Origin: Azolla caroliniana | Lineage: Eukaryota; Plantae; Polypodiophyta | Assembly: GCA_043228905.1 (NCBI GenBank) | Contig: JBHGNT010000017.1 | Coordinates: 10,788,001-10,852,000, forward strand | DNA length: 64,000 nucleotides | Direction of reading: 5' to 3' | In this document: piece by piece, positions 34,785 to 48,200 of the stretch | Layout of the letters: each line of letters starts with the position of its first letter | Numbering within the stretch: the stretch's first letter is position 1 | Position numbers and translations under genes: made by a program | Notes under the pieces: generated by a model | What the model was told of the DNA's origin: nothing | What the model saw: the letters and a program-made list of their open reading frames with translations, nothing else | Database searches by the model: none

Positions 34785-37700
34785 TGCACGATCTCAGAAA
34801 CTGTCATACGCAGGTACTCAACCAGAATCGAATGCTACTTGATCTTCCGCATTGACGGCCTTGTCTACAACATGGCGGACGAGGCGAATCGACGCTCAAT
34901 GGAGGCGGCCGAAAAGAGCAGAATGTGCAGCATAATCAAAATGTCGGAAGCAATTATGAATCCTCCGGAAGTAGGGGGACCCATAGCCGTGCCGGAAGCT
35001 GGCAAGAGAAGGTTGTGATGGAATGCTGGTACTGTGGCAAGAAGGGCCACAGGAAGAGCGAGTGCTGGAAGAAGCGAAACGATTCAGACAAAGCAGAATC
35101 GAGCGGAAGAGATGCAGGAAGTAGTCAGAAATCGCACTATGCCAAAGGCTTTGAATGAGCCGTAAATTGATCGGGCCCAACCTTTGTAATGAAGCACAAG
35201 ACCAATTCAATGGTCGTGGACACCTCAAAATCGAGCGAGGTGTGGTATGTTGAATTCAGGAGCATCAAATCATATGACGACGAGTCATGAGGAATGGTTC
35301 TCATACTTGGAGAAACAGGAAAAACAAGGAGTGGTTGAAACAGGAGACGACACTCCGCATACCATCGAACATGTCGGAGAAGTTCCTCTCAGCCATGTCG
35401 AGCTGAAAGGGAAGCTTATAAACGTGTTGTACATCTTGACAATAACCAAGAACCTAGTGTTGGTCCGTTAGATCGTCGACCAGGGGATGCAAGTTTGATT
35501 CACGCACCTCAGGTGCTACATCAAAGAGAAAGGGCAAGTTATAGTGCAAGTGTGCCGTGGAGGGAGGATGTTCATCCTCGACACCAATCAAGCCGGAACC
35601 CTGCACTGTTCGCTAGAGGACAGAAGGTCGTGTCGGAGATCGATCTGTGGCACAAGCGGTTCGGCCATGTTAACTTCCCATGGTTGCATGAAATGCAGAC
35701 GAAGAACATTGTTTTCGGCTTGCCGAAATTTCGGGGCTGTAATGGCCAAGTCTGTGAAGCCTGCCAACTCGGGAAGCACCATCGACTTCCATTCACCAAT
35801 GAGTGTAATCGGAGTCAATATCCGCTAGATTTGATCCATTCGGATGTGTGGGGACCGACACAAAACGTGAGTCTTGGTAGAAGTTGTTACTTCGTAACCT
35901 TCATCGATGACTTCACTCGGCATACCTAGGCGTGCTTGATCGCAAAAAAGAGCGAAGTCTTCGTGTGGTTCCTGAAGGTGACAAACCTTGCGAAAGGGAA
36001 ACATGGCATAGGATCAAGTGCTTATGGTTTGATGGCGGTAAGGAGTACTTCTCTGACCAGTTCACGAGTTATCTACAGAAGGAGGGAATTCGACGCGAAT
36101 TCTCAGGTAGATATACGTCGGAGCAAAACGGCGTAGCCAAACGGAAGAATCGGACAATTAAAGAAGCGGCCAGGGAGATGCTTGAAGAGAAGCATATGCC
36201 AGGGCAATGCTTGAGGGGTTGGGCCAAAATGGTCAACCAAATGAAGAGCCGGCGAGTAGTGGAAACTCGGCCGTGTTGTCCCCGCGTAAAGAACCGAGGA
36301 GAAAGTTCACGCGTAAAGAAAAAGGGAAGAACAAAATGTCAGAATACGATTTCGGTAGTGCCGAGTTAGATCAGAGCGAATTTGACTTCCGGCCAATCGA
36401 GAAGGAAACTCCACGGAAGGGGTCAAAATTGACCGAAAACGTCGTGGAATCGGGTAATCATGAGTAATCATGAATTATTCCAATCTACCTACCTGACAAA
36501 GCTTGTAAAGAGGTATGGGTACAATGAATACATGTCGCACCATTACACATACATGACACGAGTGGCAGAAGAGCATGAGCCATAGAGCTACGCAGAAGCG
36601 GTGGAAGAGGCAAACTGGCGTACCGCGATGGAGGAAGAGATGTGTGCATTATTGGACAATGAGACTTGGGGGACCTGCTTGACGCACCGAAGGGTGTAAA
36701 GCTGATCGGATGTAGATGGGTGTATAAGTGAAATACAATACCGACGGCTCCGTCAATCGATATAAGGCCCGTTTGGTTGCGAAAGGCTACACGCAAAAGC
36801 ATGGTGTCAATTACGACGAGACCTTCGCTCCTGTCGCGAAGATGACTACCGTGCGAGTTTTGCTAGCTGTAGCTGCAGCGAAGGGGTGGGATCTACATCA
36901 GATGGATGTAAAGAATGTGTTCCTACAAGGTGATCTTGAGGAACAAGTGTACATGGTATAGCCCCCCGGTTTTCTATCCGAACGGAACACTTTGATAGTT
37001 TATTGATTGATGAAGTCATTATACAGCCTTAAGCAAGCCCCACGACCTTGGAACGTGAAGATTATGCAACAGTTGCGTAGAATGGGGTTTACAATGTCCA
37101 AATCAGACTCCTCGTTGTTCGTTCAGCAAGGTCGACATGGACCGGTTTGTCTCTTACTTTATGTTGATGCTTTAGTCATCGCCGGTGCCGATCAGGAAGA
37201 AAACGGCCGTGTAAAGTCTCTGCTTGTGGCATCGTTTGAAATGAAGGATCTTGGTGACCTTCATTACTTCCTCAGGATCGAAGCGATTCGTTCCCCTGAA
37301 GGCATATTGATCAGTTTGCGTCATTAAGTGCTGAATATGCTCTTCAAGTTAGGCATGGCAGATTGTAAGCCCATCTCGACCCCTATGGATAGAAACCTAA
37401 AGCTTCGCCAAGATTCGGGAAAGGTGTGCGACCCGACACAGTTTTGACAAATTGTCAGAAGCCTCATCTGCTTGACGATCACTCGGCCGAACCTCAACTA
37501 TCCGGTCGGAATGATTAGTCAATTTATGTCACAGCCCATGACCGAACACTTCAGTGCGCACAAAGGATATTACGATATGTCAGCGGCACAAAAGACATGG
37601 CGTTGTTGTCTCGTGTAGACATAGTCGAGCAGTTAGTCGGCTACACGGATGCTGATTAGGCTGGAAATGCCCACGATCATAGATCCACATCCGGATACGC

Positions 37701-39038
37701 ATTCTCATTGCGAAGTGCGGCGATCGCGTGGAGCAATAAGAAGCAACCGATAGTAACACTATCGAACACAGAGGCCGAAAATCGAAGGGCAACTGTCGCT
37801 ATGTGCGAAGTCATTTGGCTTAAACGACTATTACGGGATCTGCACGTAGGTGTGTCTGATCCAACAAGGATCTACTGCGACAACCTCAGCAGCATCCATC
37901 TTGCGAAAAATCATGTATTCTACACTCGGACCAAGCACATTGAGGTGCACTACCATTTTGTCCGCGAGCGTGTCCTTTTTGGTGAAGTCGAACTGGTGTT
38001 TGCTTCGACGGGTCGGCAGATTGCCGACACCTTCACCAAGCCCCTTGGTCTCGACAAGTTACGACATTTCTTGGTTGAGCTGGGGGAGACAAGCTACAAC
38101 ACCTAACTTGAGGGGGAGACAGGAACAACAATAGGAGCGTGAAAGAAACAACAACGATGCCGAATTAGATGAAGAATTTGATTTCGTGTTGGCTGAAGAA
38201 GCCGAAGAAGAAAACAAGGGCCTGAAGACAAAAGACGAATTGGAGACAACCAATTTGCGTAAAAGTGAAAGTGAATCGGAAATGTCCGATTTAATCGAAA
38301 TGTTTGATTTGGACATTACGAATTGACTGAGGCCAAGCGGAGGAAAGGGCAGCGAAAGAGGCACCAACACCGCTACCGCAAGGGAGCTGAGAAGGGCCAC
38401 ATGAGCAGACAATTTGACCGGAAGGGTCGAAGCGCACGGAATCGAAGGGGTCGAGGAGCGCGAGCGAGGCGTGAAGCTAGGAGAGGCCAGAGCGAAGATC
38501 CGGAAAAGCATATGGAAACTCAAGTTGAGCTTGAGGGGGAGTGTCGAGAGACAAGCACAACATTGGGAGCGTAACCCAGAGCGTAGACTAGGTACGTAAA
38601 ACCGTGCACAAAATATGGTCGTAGGGGTATGTAAACCGAGAGGCCATTTGAATGTTATTCCTCGTAAGGAATAATTTTGGGAGTAAGTGTAGGATGCTCA
38701 TTTATGAGCAATCATGTACTGTAAGTACCTGTGTCAACTTGATAGTCAGGGCTTGTATAAAAGGTGCTCATTGAGCACCAAGCATCTGCAGAGAACATAC
38801 AGAGAATTATTTTGAATATAGTTTTGTATTTTCAGCTCTCTATCTCTCCCTCTCTTTCTTTGTGATTTTTGTGTTTTACCGAATAGTCGTACTTCCGAAC
38901 CGTGTACGTTGTGCTCTTACGCATATGCTTCCGCACACGTATTCTTTACAAAGATGAATATTATATTGATGGTGATGATGATGATATAACATATTGAGCC
39001 CCCCTTTACACACTCTCTACTAGGGTTTGATAGGTTTG

Positions 39039-39723
39039 TGTCGAGAAATCGTTGCGGAATAGAGCACAATAAACGAACTACGCGCTGAAATACGAATCAC
39101 AGAAATGCCAGAAAAAACAAGACACACAACAGTGCACAGAGATTTACATGTAAACCCTAAAACAGGGAAAACCATGGGTGTACAGAATCTTCACTATACA
39201 AAGTGGATATACAACACCGAGAGGAATACAACACTCTATCGAGTGTATCAGCTGCACAGGGCTCTTCGCATCTGTTGTTACTCACACAGCTATGGCACAA
39301 CTCACACACCCACTCTCTCTCACGCTCTCCTAGACACTACAACTTCTGTTCCTACTCTGTTCATCACACACATAAAGTTTGCCCTAGTTGTATATATACT
39401 TACACAACTTTTTGGCTATTTACATACATAGCCCTCATAAGTATAGTCACCCAAGTTGGCTATTTACACGATTCTGGTTTTGGCCTCGGCCGAGTCACTC
39501 ATCAACTCGGCTCCTCTCTCTTTCCCATCTAAAGGGACTTGTTTCCACACATCATCATTATTATTATTACTATAATAATAATAGTCAAATCTTCAAACAA
39601 TCGACTCATTGTTTTCGACTCTTCGACTATCTGCTTTCCAAACAGTAAGATCTTCCCTGTCATCGACTGTCGGCTTTCCGATCAGTCGGTTCTTCCTCCC
39701 ACTAGAGGGACATATTCCCAATA
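39039..39723 (-). mobile_element. Solo LTR (Tork-like copia), TSD GTTTG
   Basis: gtttg|TGTCGAG..cccaaTA|gtttg. It shares the gatttaca..aaaccctaaa..gggaaaacca motif with the LTR at 6411-7017. Confidence 0.8.
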
Positions 39724-40267
39724 GTTTGTTCATGCATAAAACCATGGGCTAAAACTATAGTCTTGTGCACATGGTTTTGCTTATGACATGCACAAATCAT
39801 AGGTTTAAACCATGGTTTGGTGCACATGGTTTTATACGTTTGTATTTAATACTAAATATGAAAATAAAATATACAAAATCTACAACATTTAGTAGTAGTC
39901 TTAGTGGTAAGTCAATTGTCTCCTAATCTTGAGGTTCAAGGTTCAAATCTTGCTTGCACCTCTTTCTATGCACTTAGCCTTAAGCTGATTTATTTATTTA
40001 TTTTCCTATTTACAAGTGTGTGTGTGTGTAATGTGCGTGGAACCACACTTTGTTTCCCTTTTTCACGCAGTGGACATGCCACATCACGATAACGTTCCAA
40101 CAATCACAAAGAACCTGATATCGTTCGAGCAAATTGTCGACTAGGGGTTGCAAGTTCAATTCACACATCTCGGGTGCTTTATCAAGGAAGAGAGCCAAAT
40201 CATCGTGCAAGGGCGCTGGGACGAGAGAATGTTCATCCTCGACACCAACGACGTTGGCACCACATTT

Positions 40268-42500
40268 TTCATGATATAAAAATATTCCTAAAAATAAACA
40301 CTCTCCACCTTATAATAAAGGTAAAGTTCATGAAAATTAGTAGAAAAACACTCGAATTTAAATGTAACCTTGTATAAAAAACACTTCAAAAAGCTAATAA
40401 AATAGCAATAAAGTTACTATTTCTAATATATCAATCACAAAATTTGTCTCATTGCATCGAGTTCCCGTTGAAAACCACTATCTTTCAACGGGAACTCGAT
40501 GCACTACATCGAGTTGTCCCTCTTTCAATGAGAACTCAATGCAGTGCATCGAGTTCTTGTTGCAAAAAATGGAATCTTTTGGGAATCTTTAGAGAATCTT
40601 AAAAAATAGTTAAAAGAAGATACCTGCCAATTTTCTTGTTCATGTTGCTAATGTCAACTCGAGTTGACCGATGAGGCAAAAACGGAAGGTCTGTGATGAT
40701 CTATGCTCCTTTGCTTCTTGAATGTGATAATGACAATGAAAAGAGGCCTTTCCTATATATAAGTTTTTTAATTGCTATCCCCACTTCAAGCAGACACTGT
40801 CATCGCAATCCAGGATACAGACAGGCTAGGACCAAATTTTTGCAAGGAATCAAGGTACTCGTGATGAAAGAACCTAATGCGCTCTATACATGACATCTTC
40901 TGTCTATAGTCATTATCATTATTGTGATCCCAAGCTAGCTGGGGTAAGAGGATACTCCTTGACAAGTTGACGTTGTGCTTTGGTAGAGTGGAATCCTTCA
41001 ATCACGTAGTATGTGTAATCATCAACCGAATTGTACTTGAAGTCAGCTATAGTTGGGCTTTGATCTAGGTCTACCATACTAAGAATGGCACTACAGTAGC
41101 ATGTGGATTTATCTTCATTTTTCTTTTCAAGTTGTGCACATGCACTGAATGTGGCTCTCTTATGTCTCAAGCCCGTCTTCCCGTTTTTGGATCAATCGAT
41201 GGCCTTTGAATAGAACAAATCTGTAAGTGAAATAGTTGTCCCTTACGGACAAGTTTAGTCTTTACGATATTCTCTCTGATCTGATTTTGCTCTCAAGTGA
41301 GAATCCTCGAGGACATCTAGCCACTTGGAGGAATTACTTCGAGTTGTGTATCTTCCTCCTCATATTCAACGAACTCGAGTACTTCGGGCTTGTCCTCTTC
41401 AGGATGCTATTGTTTCTTGTACTTCTTGTGTTCTGTTTTTCCTTTTCTGGGCGGCTTCGGTGGGGTGCATGCTTGTGCAACCATGAGTTGTCCTTTGATA
41501 TACGAACGCAAAGCAACAATCAAATTGTTTTTTGTGTCTACATCTTTCTTTTAGACTTTGGGGTGGTAGGAGCCCGTTATAAAATTGTCTTCATCAACCA
41601 GGACATTGCACATCCCCAGTAAGCTATCAACATCGAAAAACAGGTTCGATGAGTCATTGTCCTCATATTCAACGTTCTTTATTTGCCCGTAGTGGAATGT
41701 CTTTCCCACTTGAAGCTTTCCTTCACCTTCGGATTTTTCAAGGATGAGGAGCAGATCCCCTTCTTCCTCGGAATAGATCAATGTCCATTCCACATGGGGG
41801 TAGCTCTTAAGGTGAGGCTCCCTAGTCTTAGAGGTCTCATCACCTCCCAACTCCATCAAAGTTTTCCGAGATTCTCGCTTATGCATGTGATCGATAGGTT
41901 TTTTAGTTGGGGAGGGAATCTTCAATTTGAAAGATGGTACCTTCTGACGCGGTTCACTGAAAACAAGTAAAAACATAATGATATAAAATATATTTGTAAA
42001 AATAAACACTCTACACCTTATAATAAAGGTAAAGTTCATGAAAATTACTAGAAAAACACTCGAATTGAAATGTAACCTTGTGTCAAAAACACTTAAAAAA
42101 GCTAATAAAATAGCAATAAAGTTACTATTTCTAAATTATCAATCAAAAAATTTCTCATTCAACGGGAACTCGATGCAATGCATCGAGTTCCCATTGAAAA
42201 CCACTCTCTTTCAATCGGAACTTGATGCACTGCATCGAGTTGTCCCTCTTTCAATGAGAACTCAATGCAATGCATCGATTTCTTGTTGCAAAAAATGGAA
42301 TCTTTTGGGAATCTTAAAAAACAGTTAAAAGAAGATACCTACCAATTTTCTTTCCCTTGTTCAGGTTGCTGATGTCGACTCGAGTTGATTGAGGAGGCAA
42401 AAATGCAAGGTCTAGGATGCTCAGTACTCCTGTGCTCCTGTGCTTCTTGAATGTGATAATGACAATGAGAAGAGACCTTTCCTTTATATAATTTTTAAAT
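40268..42500. repeat. Direct repeat pair of about 520 bp (40268-40785 and 41976-42500)
   Basis: Both copies start ..atgatataaaa..aaaataaacactct.caccttataataaaggtaaagttcatg and stay colinear. They lack TG..CA ends. Confidence 0.9.
40786..42480 (-). pseudogene. Spliced accessory gene with a ParB/Srx-like motif, divergent from the Sola1-like transposase
   Basis: Donor ggtag|GTatct at about 42328 and acceptor ttttcAG at about 41958. Motifs YYVIEGFHSTKAQRQL and LAWDHNNDNDYRQKMSCIERIRFF. Several stops. Confidence 0.5.
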
Positions 42501-42595
42501 TTTTTTTTTAACAAACTATTTATAAATTTGAATTATTATTGAAGAAAGTTTTGAGCTATTTTCAACTCAGTTGAGCTTAGTTAGCCTTAGTTGAG

Positions 42596-45065
42596 ATGTC
42601 CTCAAGCTCGAGTAAAAATTCTCTATTCTCCATTGAGCCTTTTAAATTATCTGATAACTCATTATTCTCTATCGACGAATATAACCATATAAATAATAGA
42701 CGATGCCATGTAGAGTCCAACAATGATGTTGGGCAATGTTCGAATTCACTTTTTTCGATCGAGCCTTTTAACTTAGGTAGACTACAAAAGAGTAAAGTAG
42801 TTACAAATCATGAGTAACCTAGTTTATGTAGTGTTGACAAGGATTGTGTCAATAAGCCTTTGAATTTTCAAAGAGTTCCTCGACAAGTGAGTGTTAAAAG
42901 ATATAATTTTTTTGTGTTCGAATCGCCAAATTGCATTTGATATATGCAAGCCATGTTGTGGGAATCTTTGTCTTTCAAAATTTGGAAAGGAAAACTTTAG
43001 GGGGTTGCGACAAAAGTATTTGTCACTTAATGGTGACGAACAAGATACTCTCTTGATTTCACATATGCAACTTGTTAAGGACCACGTGGCAGTTTCAAGT
43101 TCTCTGCATGTGGAATATTACCTTTCACTTAGTATGAAGAGTTGTCGAGTAGTTTTCAAGATTGCTTATGGCATTGGTAACATGAGGCTCCCGAGAATTC
43201 AACATCGATTAGATAAGGGCTCGTGGGTACCTTTCAACAATACAAAATCTACATGTAAGGGTCTGATTGGGTGGCATGCCGTGAGATGGATGGAGATATA
43301 TTTCTCGAGGCAATATGATGTTATGCCCACCACTGGAAGATTACATTTGTTAGATAACTTTACTTATCGTGAGATGTACCAAACGTAGAAGGATGACATG
43401 TTATTACAAAGTGTACCTTACATACAATATTGGCATTTTAATCAATTATGGAGATTGAAGTTTAACAATGTGGTCATTCCCCACAAGGTCCGGATGGGTG
43501 TTTGCTCTATATTGGTAAGCTTAAAAAGCATGGCAAAGAGTGGGACAATAGATGAAGAAATAAACAATTATAAGAATTTATTAAAAGAGCATCGAGACAG
43601 TCAAGTGTTGGAATGATCTAAAACTATGCACCATCGTTGAAAAGCACTTCAATCACCGGAAATGTATATCTTCTTGATTATAGATGGGATGGATCAAAAG
43701 AAAACTTGTTTGCTACACTTTCGAAGGTTGCCCAAGGATATTAGAGATGAATGCCTAGTGCAGATGCACTTAGTAGGTTGTCTTCTATATTGTCAGACAA
43801 TAAGGCCTCAAGTGTTCCTAACTTATCCAAATATCCAGAACGACCCTATTCTTACAGTAACAATGATGTAGAGAGTTTTACAGACTTGGCAAGGTTTACT
43901 CCCGCCAATACTATATGTGCAACTAAATAACACGGCGAGAGAAAACAAAAACTCAACTGTGTTTGGTTATTTAAGCATGTTAGTAGATAGGGGTTTTTTC
44001 AAATAGATTAAGGTCAACTTCTTGCTAGTTGGTCACACACATGATCACATAGATCAAATGTTTGCTCAGTTCTCCAAGAAATTAGCGAGATGTGATGCTT
44101 TCACACTTCCTATGTTGTCAAAGCTAATCACTGAAGCTTATACCCCAAAGCTAGATGTACAACATTTAGATGAAGTTTATGATTTTAAACGATTCTGTGT
44201 GAATGGGGATGGGACTCGATGTAGGGTTCTTGTTAAGCTTAATAATATAAGTTTTAACCACATCTTCCTCATCCACAAAAGTATGGTCGGTCACAACTAG
44301 ACAATGTTGTATTCCAAACAATACTCATCTAGTTTCCAATGGGAGCCACAAGACGGATGTAGGCTCTTATTGCATTTCTTAGATGCAGTAATCTATGGTG
44401 CAAAACAAATGCCATATGAAGACCACAAAAGTTTGGCCACTAGTAGTTCAATTGAAGAGAAAAAGATATATTGGACGCGGTGCCTTGAGGAAAAACACAA
44501 AAAGATTGAGAGAACCAAAAAGTACAATGGTGATCAAGATGTGGAATGGTGGGATAACTTCTTTAATCATCAACGCACGATATTAGATAACTACTTTGTG
44601 GGAGTATGACCAATACAAATTGAATTCAAATGCAATATTGGTGGCCCATCAATAGAGAGCACGACTCATTTACAACCACTACATAATATTGAATTGAATA
44701 ATCTAATTCGTCCACGACAAAGAGATATTTATGTGGGGCCAAGATTATCGCATGTTGTTGAGGCGAGATGGCAAGGCAATCTACATCAGCTGCAAGTTGG
44801 TATGTTGGTTGCAACATTAGCTGGGGGTGATAAGTTGCACCATCCCTTTTGGATTGCTCAAATCATTGAAATTATTAAGGATGATGAAGGCAATCAAGGT
44901 CAATCCATTGTGGTTCATTGGTATCATACCTCTTCCAAAGATGCATTTACTGGGAAGTATTGTTTAGAGATGATTACGGATGTTGGAGTCACAAACAGAA
45001 AGAGGAGAAAACACTTTAGAAGAAAGACAAAATATATCGATTCATTTGTCAATCATCAAAATTAA
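42596..45065 (+). pseudogene. Sola1-like (DUF7869-type) DDD transposase, decayed
   Basis: CCGNLC N-terminal cysteines, LIIDGMDQKK, YVQL(N)NTARENKN, FLLVGHTHDHIDQMF and C-terminal HPFWIAQI..VVHWY. Multiple stops and frameshifts. Confidence 0.8.
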
Positions 45066-45236
45066 TAACCAATCTAGATACAATGTACAAATAGTGAACT
45101 ACAAGCGGATGTTTTTCAGTTGCCAACTACAATGTATTAATATGGTAACTTTCAAGCATTAAACATAGAGACCTCCCCTTATATGTGTTCACGAACCTCT
45201 TGGGGAACCTTGTAGACAGTGTTGTATCCCTTAACC

Positions 45237-48200
45237 TTATGCTTTGCTTGAGTCATATTGAACTTGATCGCAAGAATGGCAGCAGTGTAGATTATTGCGG
45301 TGGGTGCATCTTTTAGTAATGCATGTGTTCTTGCACTGCGGCAACTTTGCATAATAGTTTCCATACACAACAGACTCACCAACGTTGAACATGTTGCCCC
45401 AACCGTCCCTCACCACGTCTTTCAATAATGTCTTTCCTTGCTTGCACACCATAATGTAGTAGTCTTCTAAATCTTCATTCTGAGGAGATTTGAGCACTGC
45501 AAAATGATCTCCAACTTCAAATAAAACTGCCAAGTCTTTGATGTTGGTTGTAGTACACAATATCATTTGAATGTGCATCCTCTTCAATATCATCTTGTCG
45601 TTCAGGCTCAAGCTTCTGCAGCTTCCAGGGCTCCACGATTGATAGGTTGATGCATTAATCCCAAGCTTCATCTATACACGTGGAACAAAAGCATGATAAA
45701 GTACAGAGTAACAATTGTGTTGTGTCCTTGCGGCTAAACCCTAATACACAATGGGTGATGCGCGTGCGTTTCACGATTTTACAACCATATGATTTAGTTC
45801 TATCGACCTCATCAACGTGAACCTCAACAAACAATATGTTCTTACCATCATTTGACATCTTCCATGTTAGCTACTCCACAACATCATGTGCATTTGGTAA
45901 CTTAGCACCATTATTATCCAACTGCTCACTTGTATGAGCATGTTTGATCACAGCCCCCACACCATCATACTCTCCTTTTCCATGTCCAGACCCGAAGTAG
46001 TTCCATTGCATACGAATGTTGAATAGGGAGAAGTACCTGCTTAAAAGATACATAGTACTATGTTGTTTAGCATCCATTAATACTAATTTAGTACGGATAC
46101 AACACAAAGCATAGTACAATGTGTTCATGGAAAACACTCTACATGTATTAAAAGATAATTAGTACAAACTCTTCAATATAGGACAGTACTATGTTGCTGA
46201 CGACGAGTACTTTACATCCATTAATACTGATTTAGTATAGATAAAACACACAGTACAATACAATGTGTCCATGGAGAACACTCAACATGGATTAAAAGAA
46301 AATTAGTACAAACTCTTCAATATAGAATAGTACTATGTTTACAAGACGTCTACTTTACATCCTTCAATAAATACTGAGTTAGTACAGATACAACACAGAG
46401 TACAATACAATATGTCCATGGAGAACACTCAACATGGATTAAAAGATAATTAGTACAAACTCTTAAGAACAGACAATACTATGAGTACAAGACGAGTACT
46501 TTACATCCTTCAATAAATATTGATTTAGTACAGATACAACACACAGTACAATACAATGTGTCCATGGAGAACACTCAACATGGATTAAAAGATAATTAGT
46601 ACAAACTTTTAAAAACGAACAACACTATGAGTACAAGAAGAGTACTTTACATCCTTCAATAAATACTGATTTAGTACAGATACAACACACAACATAGTGC
46701 ATTGTGTCTATGGAGAACATTTTACATGGATTAAAAGATAATAAACACTATTTCATGTGACAAGATAGTACTATATCAAGAACACTTAACATTGTTACAA
46801 ACATAATTAGTATGCGATCCATTTGAGTAGTACTGTGTTGTTTATCAAGAGTTTTTATGTAGCTGAAAACATTAAATAGTATGGATGCACAAGGGCAGAC
46901 AAAACTAAGTTGGAGGTGACACGATAGAAGAATACCCACTTGTCTTGCAAGAACACTAAAACAGGGAGTACAAACGCAATAGGGAGTACCATATGTATTA
47001 AGATGTAAACTTTGAACCCAACAAGTAGTATTGATTCACGTGAAGAATGAGCACTAACACAAGAATTACTTCCTTAGACATTGCATTATAAGTACTAAAC
47101 ATATGGATTAAAAATTATCTGGCAATAAAGTAGAACGATCGTGCCGCCTTAAATTGCGAGGCAGCACCATCAGACCAAACCCAATGACGGTTAAAGCTAA
47201 ACCCTAGAGACCATAAATCTACATGGTGAAGCTTAAAACAATGTTGAACAAATAGTGTATCATGCTTTTTATCATCTGAAATGTAAAATATTGATTTCTT
47301 ATGTAACTCACCGTCTTGTCTCCAATAGCAAATATGTACAAGTATTGTACATTGATCATTGTACCAATGCATTGATTAAACCTCATTTTGAACTTTAAAT
47401 GTATAGTTTTCTGCAAAGTCAATGACGGATACGATGACACCCATTGGTAAGTTATTAATACATTCCTTGAACTATGAATTTTGCCAATAACTCTGGAAAT
47501 TATGTGGAATGAACTCCCCAAGTTTATTTCTTAAATTCTGAGACAAGGGTAGCAGGACATGTCTCCTTATATACTTCCTTGATACGCTTAGTTACAAGTC
47601 CCTTGCCAATATTTTCAGTCACATACTCTAAATATTTCCATTTCACAATATGATTATTTCCCCAATCAAGCTCCTGCCAACAAAATAATGGTAGCGGACA
47701 AACCTTACATGTTCTTAAAAGACATGAATGACGATGCGACTCACATGATGGTTCTTTTTCATAAACACAATACCTCCATAACTCAAAAACGGATGCATAA
47801 GTCATGTTTCGTGCATTACACCTATTATCCTCCCCATTTGGTCTACAAACCTCACAAGTGCAGACACATAATTCGCTATGTATACCCTTAGAATCAGTAT
47901 GCATTGCATTCACTCCAAGCCTTAACATGTCTATCTTCATGTGGTATACACAACAACATGTATTCCTCTCATTTAATTTTCTAACATAAACCTTGGAACT
48001 TGCGGAATCCAACAGTTAAGCTTGGATGTTGGTCTTTAAAGTTCATGTACAATTCAGCCTACATCAACCAATATATATAGCAAACATTAATATACAATTG
48101 GTCAAAACAAAAACTTTTGGAATGTGAATTGATATAGAAAAATGGAATACCTCCGTCATCTCCAAGAAGTGTCTAGGGTGAATCTGATACTTACCTTGAC

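Larger units (their letters stand above)
29415..34872 (+). mobile_element. Young Ty1/copia (Tork-like) element, LTRs 29415-29727 and 34550-34872, TSD TGGCG
   Basis: Near-identical LTRs (one substitution seen plus a (TC)n length difference). PBS TGGTATCAGAGCC at 29730 and PPT gggggag at 34543-34549. Confidence 0.97.
28380..38950 (+). mobile_element. Full-length but decayed copia element (LTRs 28380-28807 and 38542-38950), TSD AAGAA/AAGAT
   Basis: Paired, visibly diverged LTRs; PBS 28808-28819; PPT 38531-38541; fragmented gag, PR, INT, RT and RH. Confidence 0.92.
28186..40091 (-). mobile_element. Split solo LTR of the TGTCG..CGACA family (pieces 28186-28379, 38951-39038, 39724-40091), TSD ATGT/ACGT
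   Basis: Ends are TGTCGCG and CACGATA. It is homologous to the LTR at 4900-5606. Confidence 0.8.
26434..40265 (+). mobile_element. Decayed copia element (5' LTR 26434-26880, PBS 26881-26892), the outermost host of a four-level nest
   Basis: The protease sequence stops at 28185 (..NMLHV) and resumes at 40096 (PTITKNLI..RMFILDTNDVG). Confidence 0.85.

Noticed and set aside
40268-42500. TRIM/LARD with 520-bp LTRs
   Set aside because: No TG..CA termini, PBS, PPT or TSD. The repeat corresponds to exon/intron sequence.
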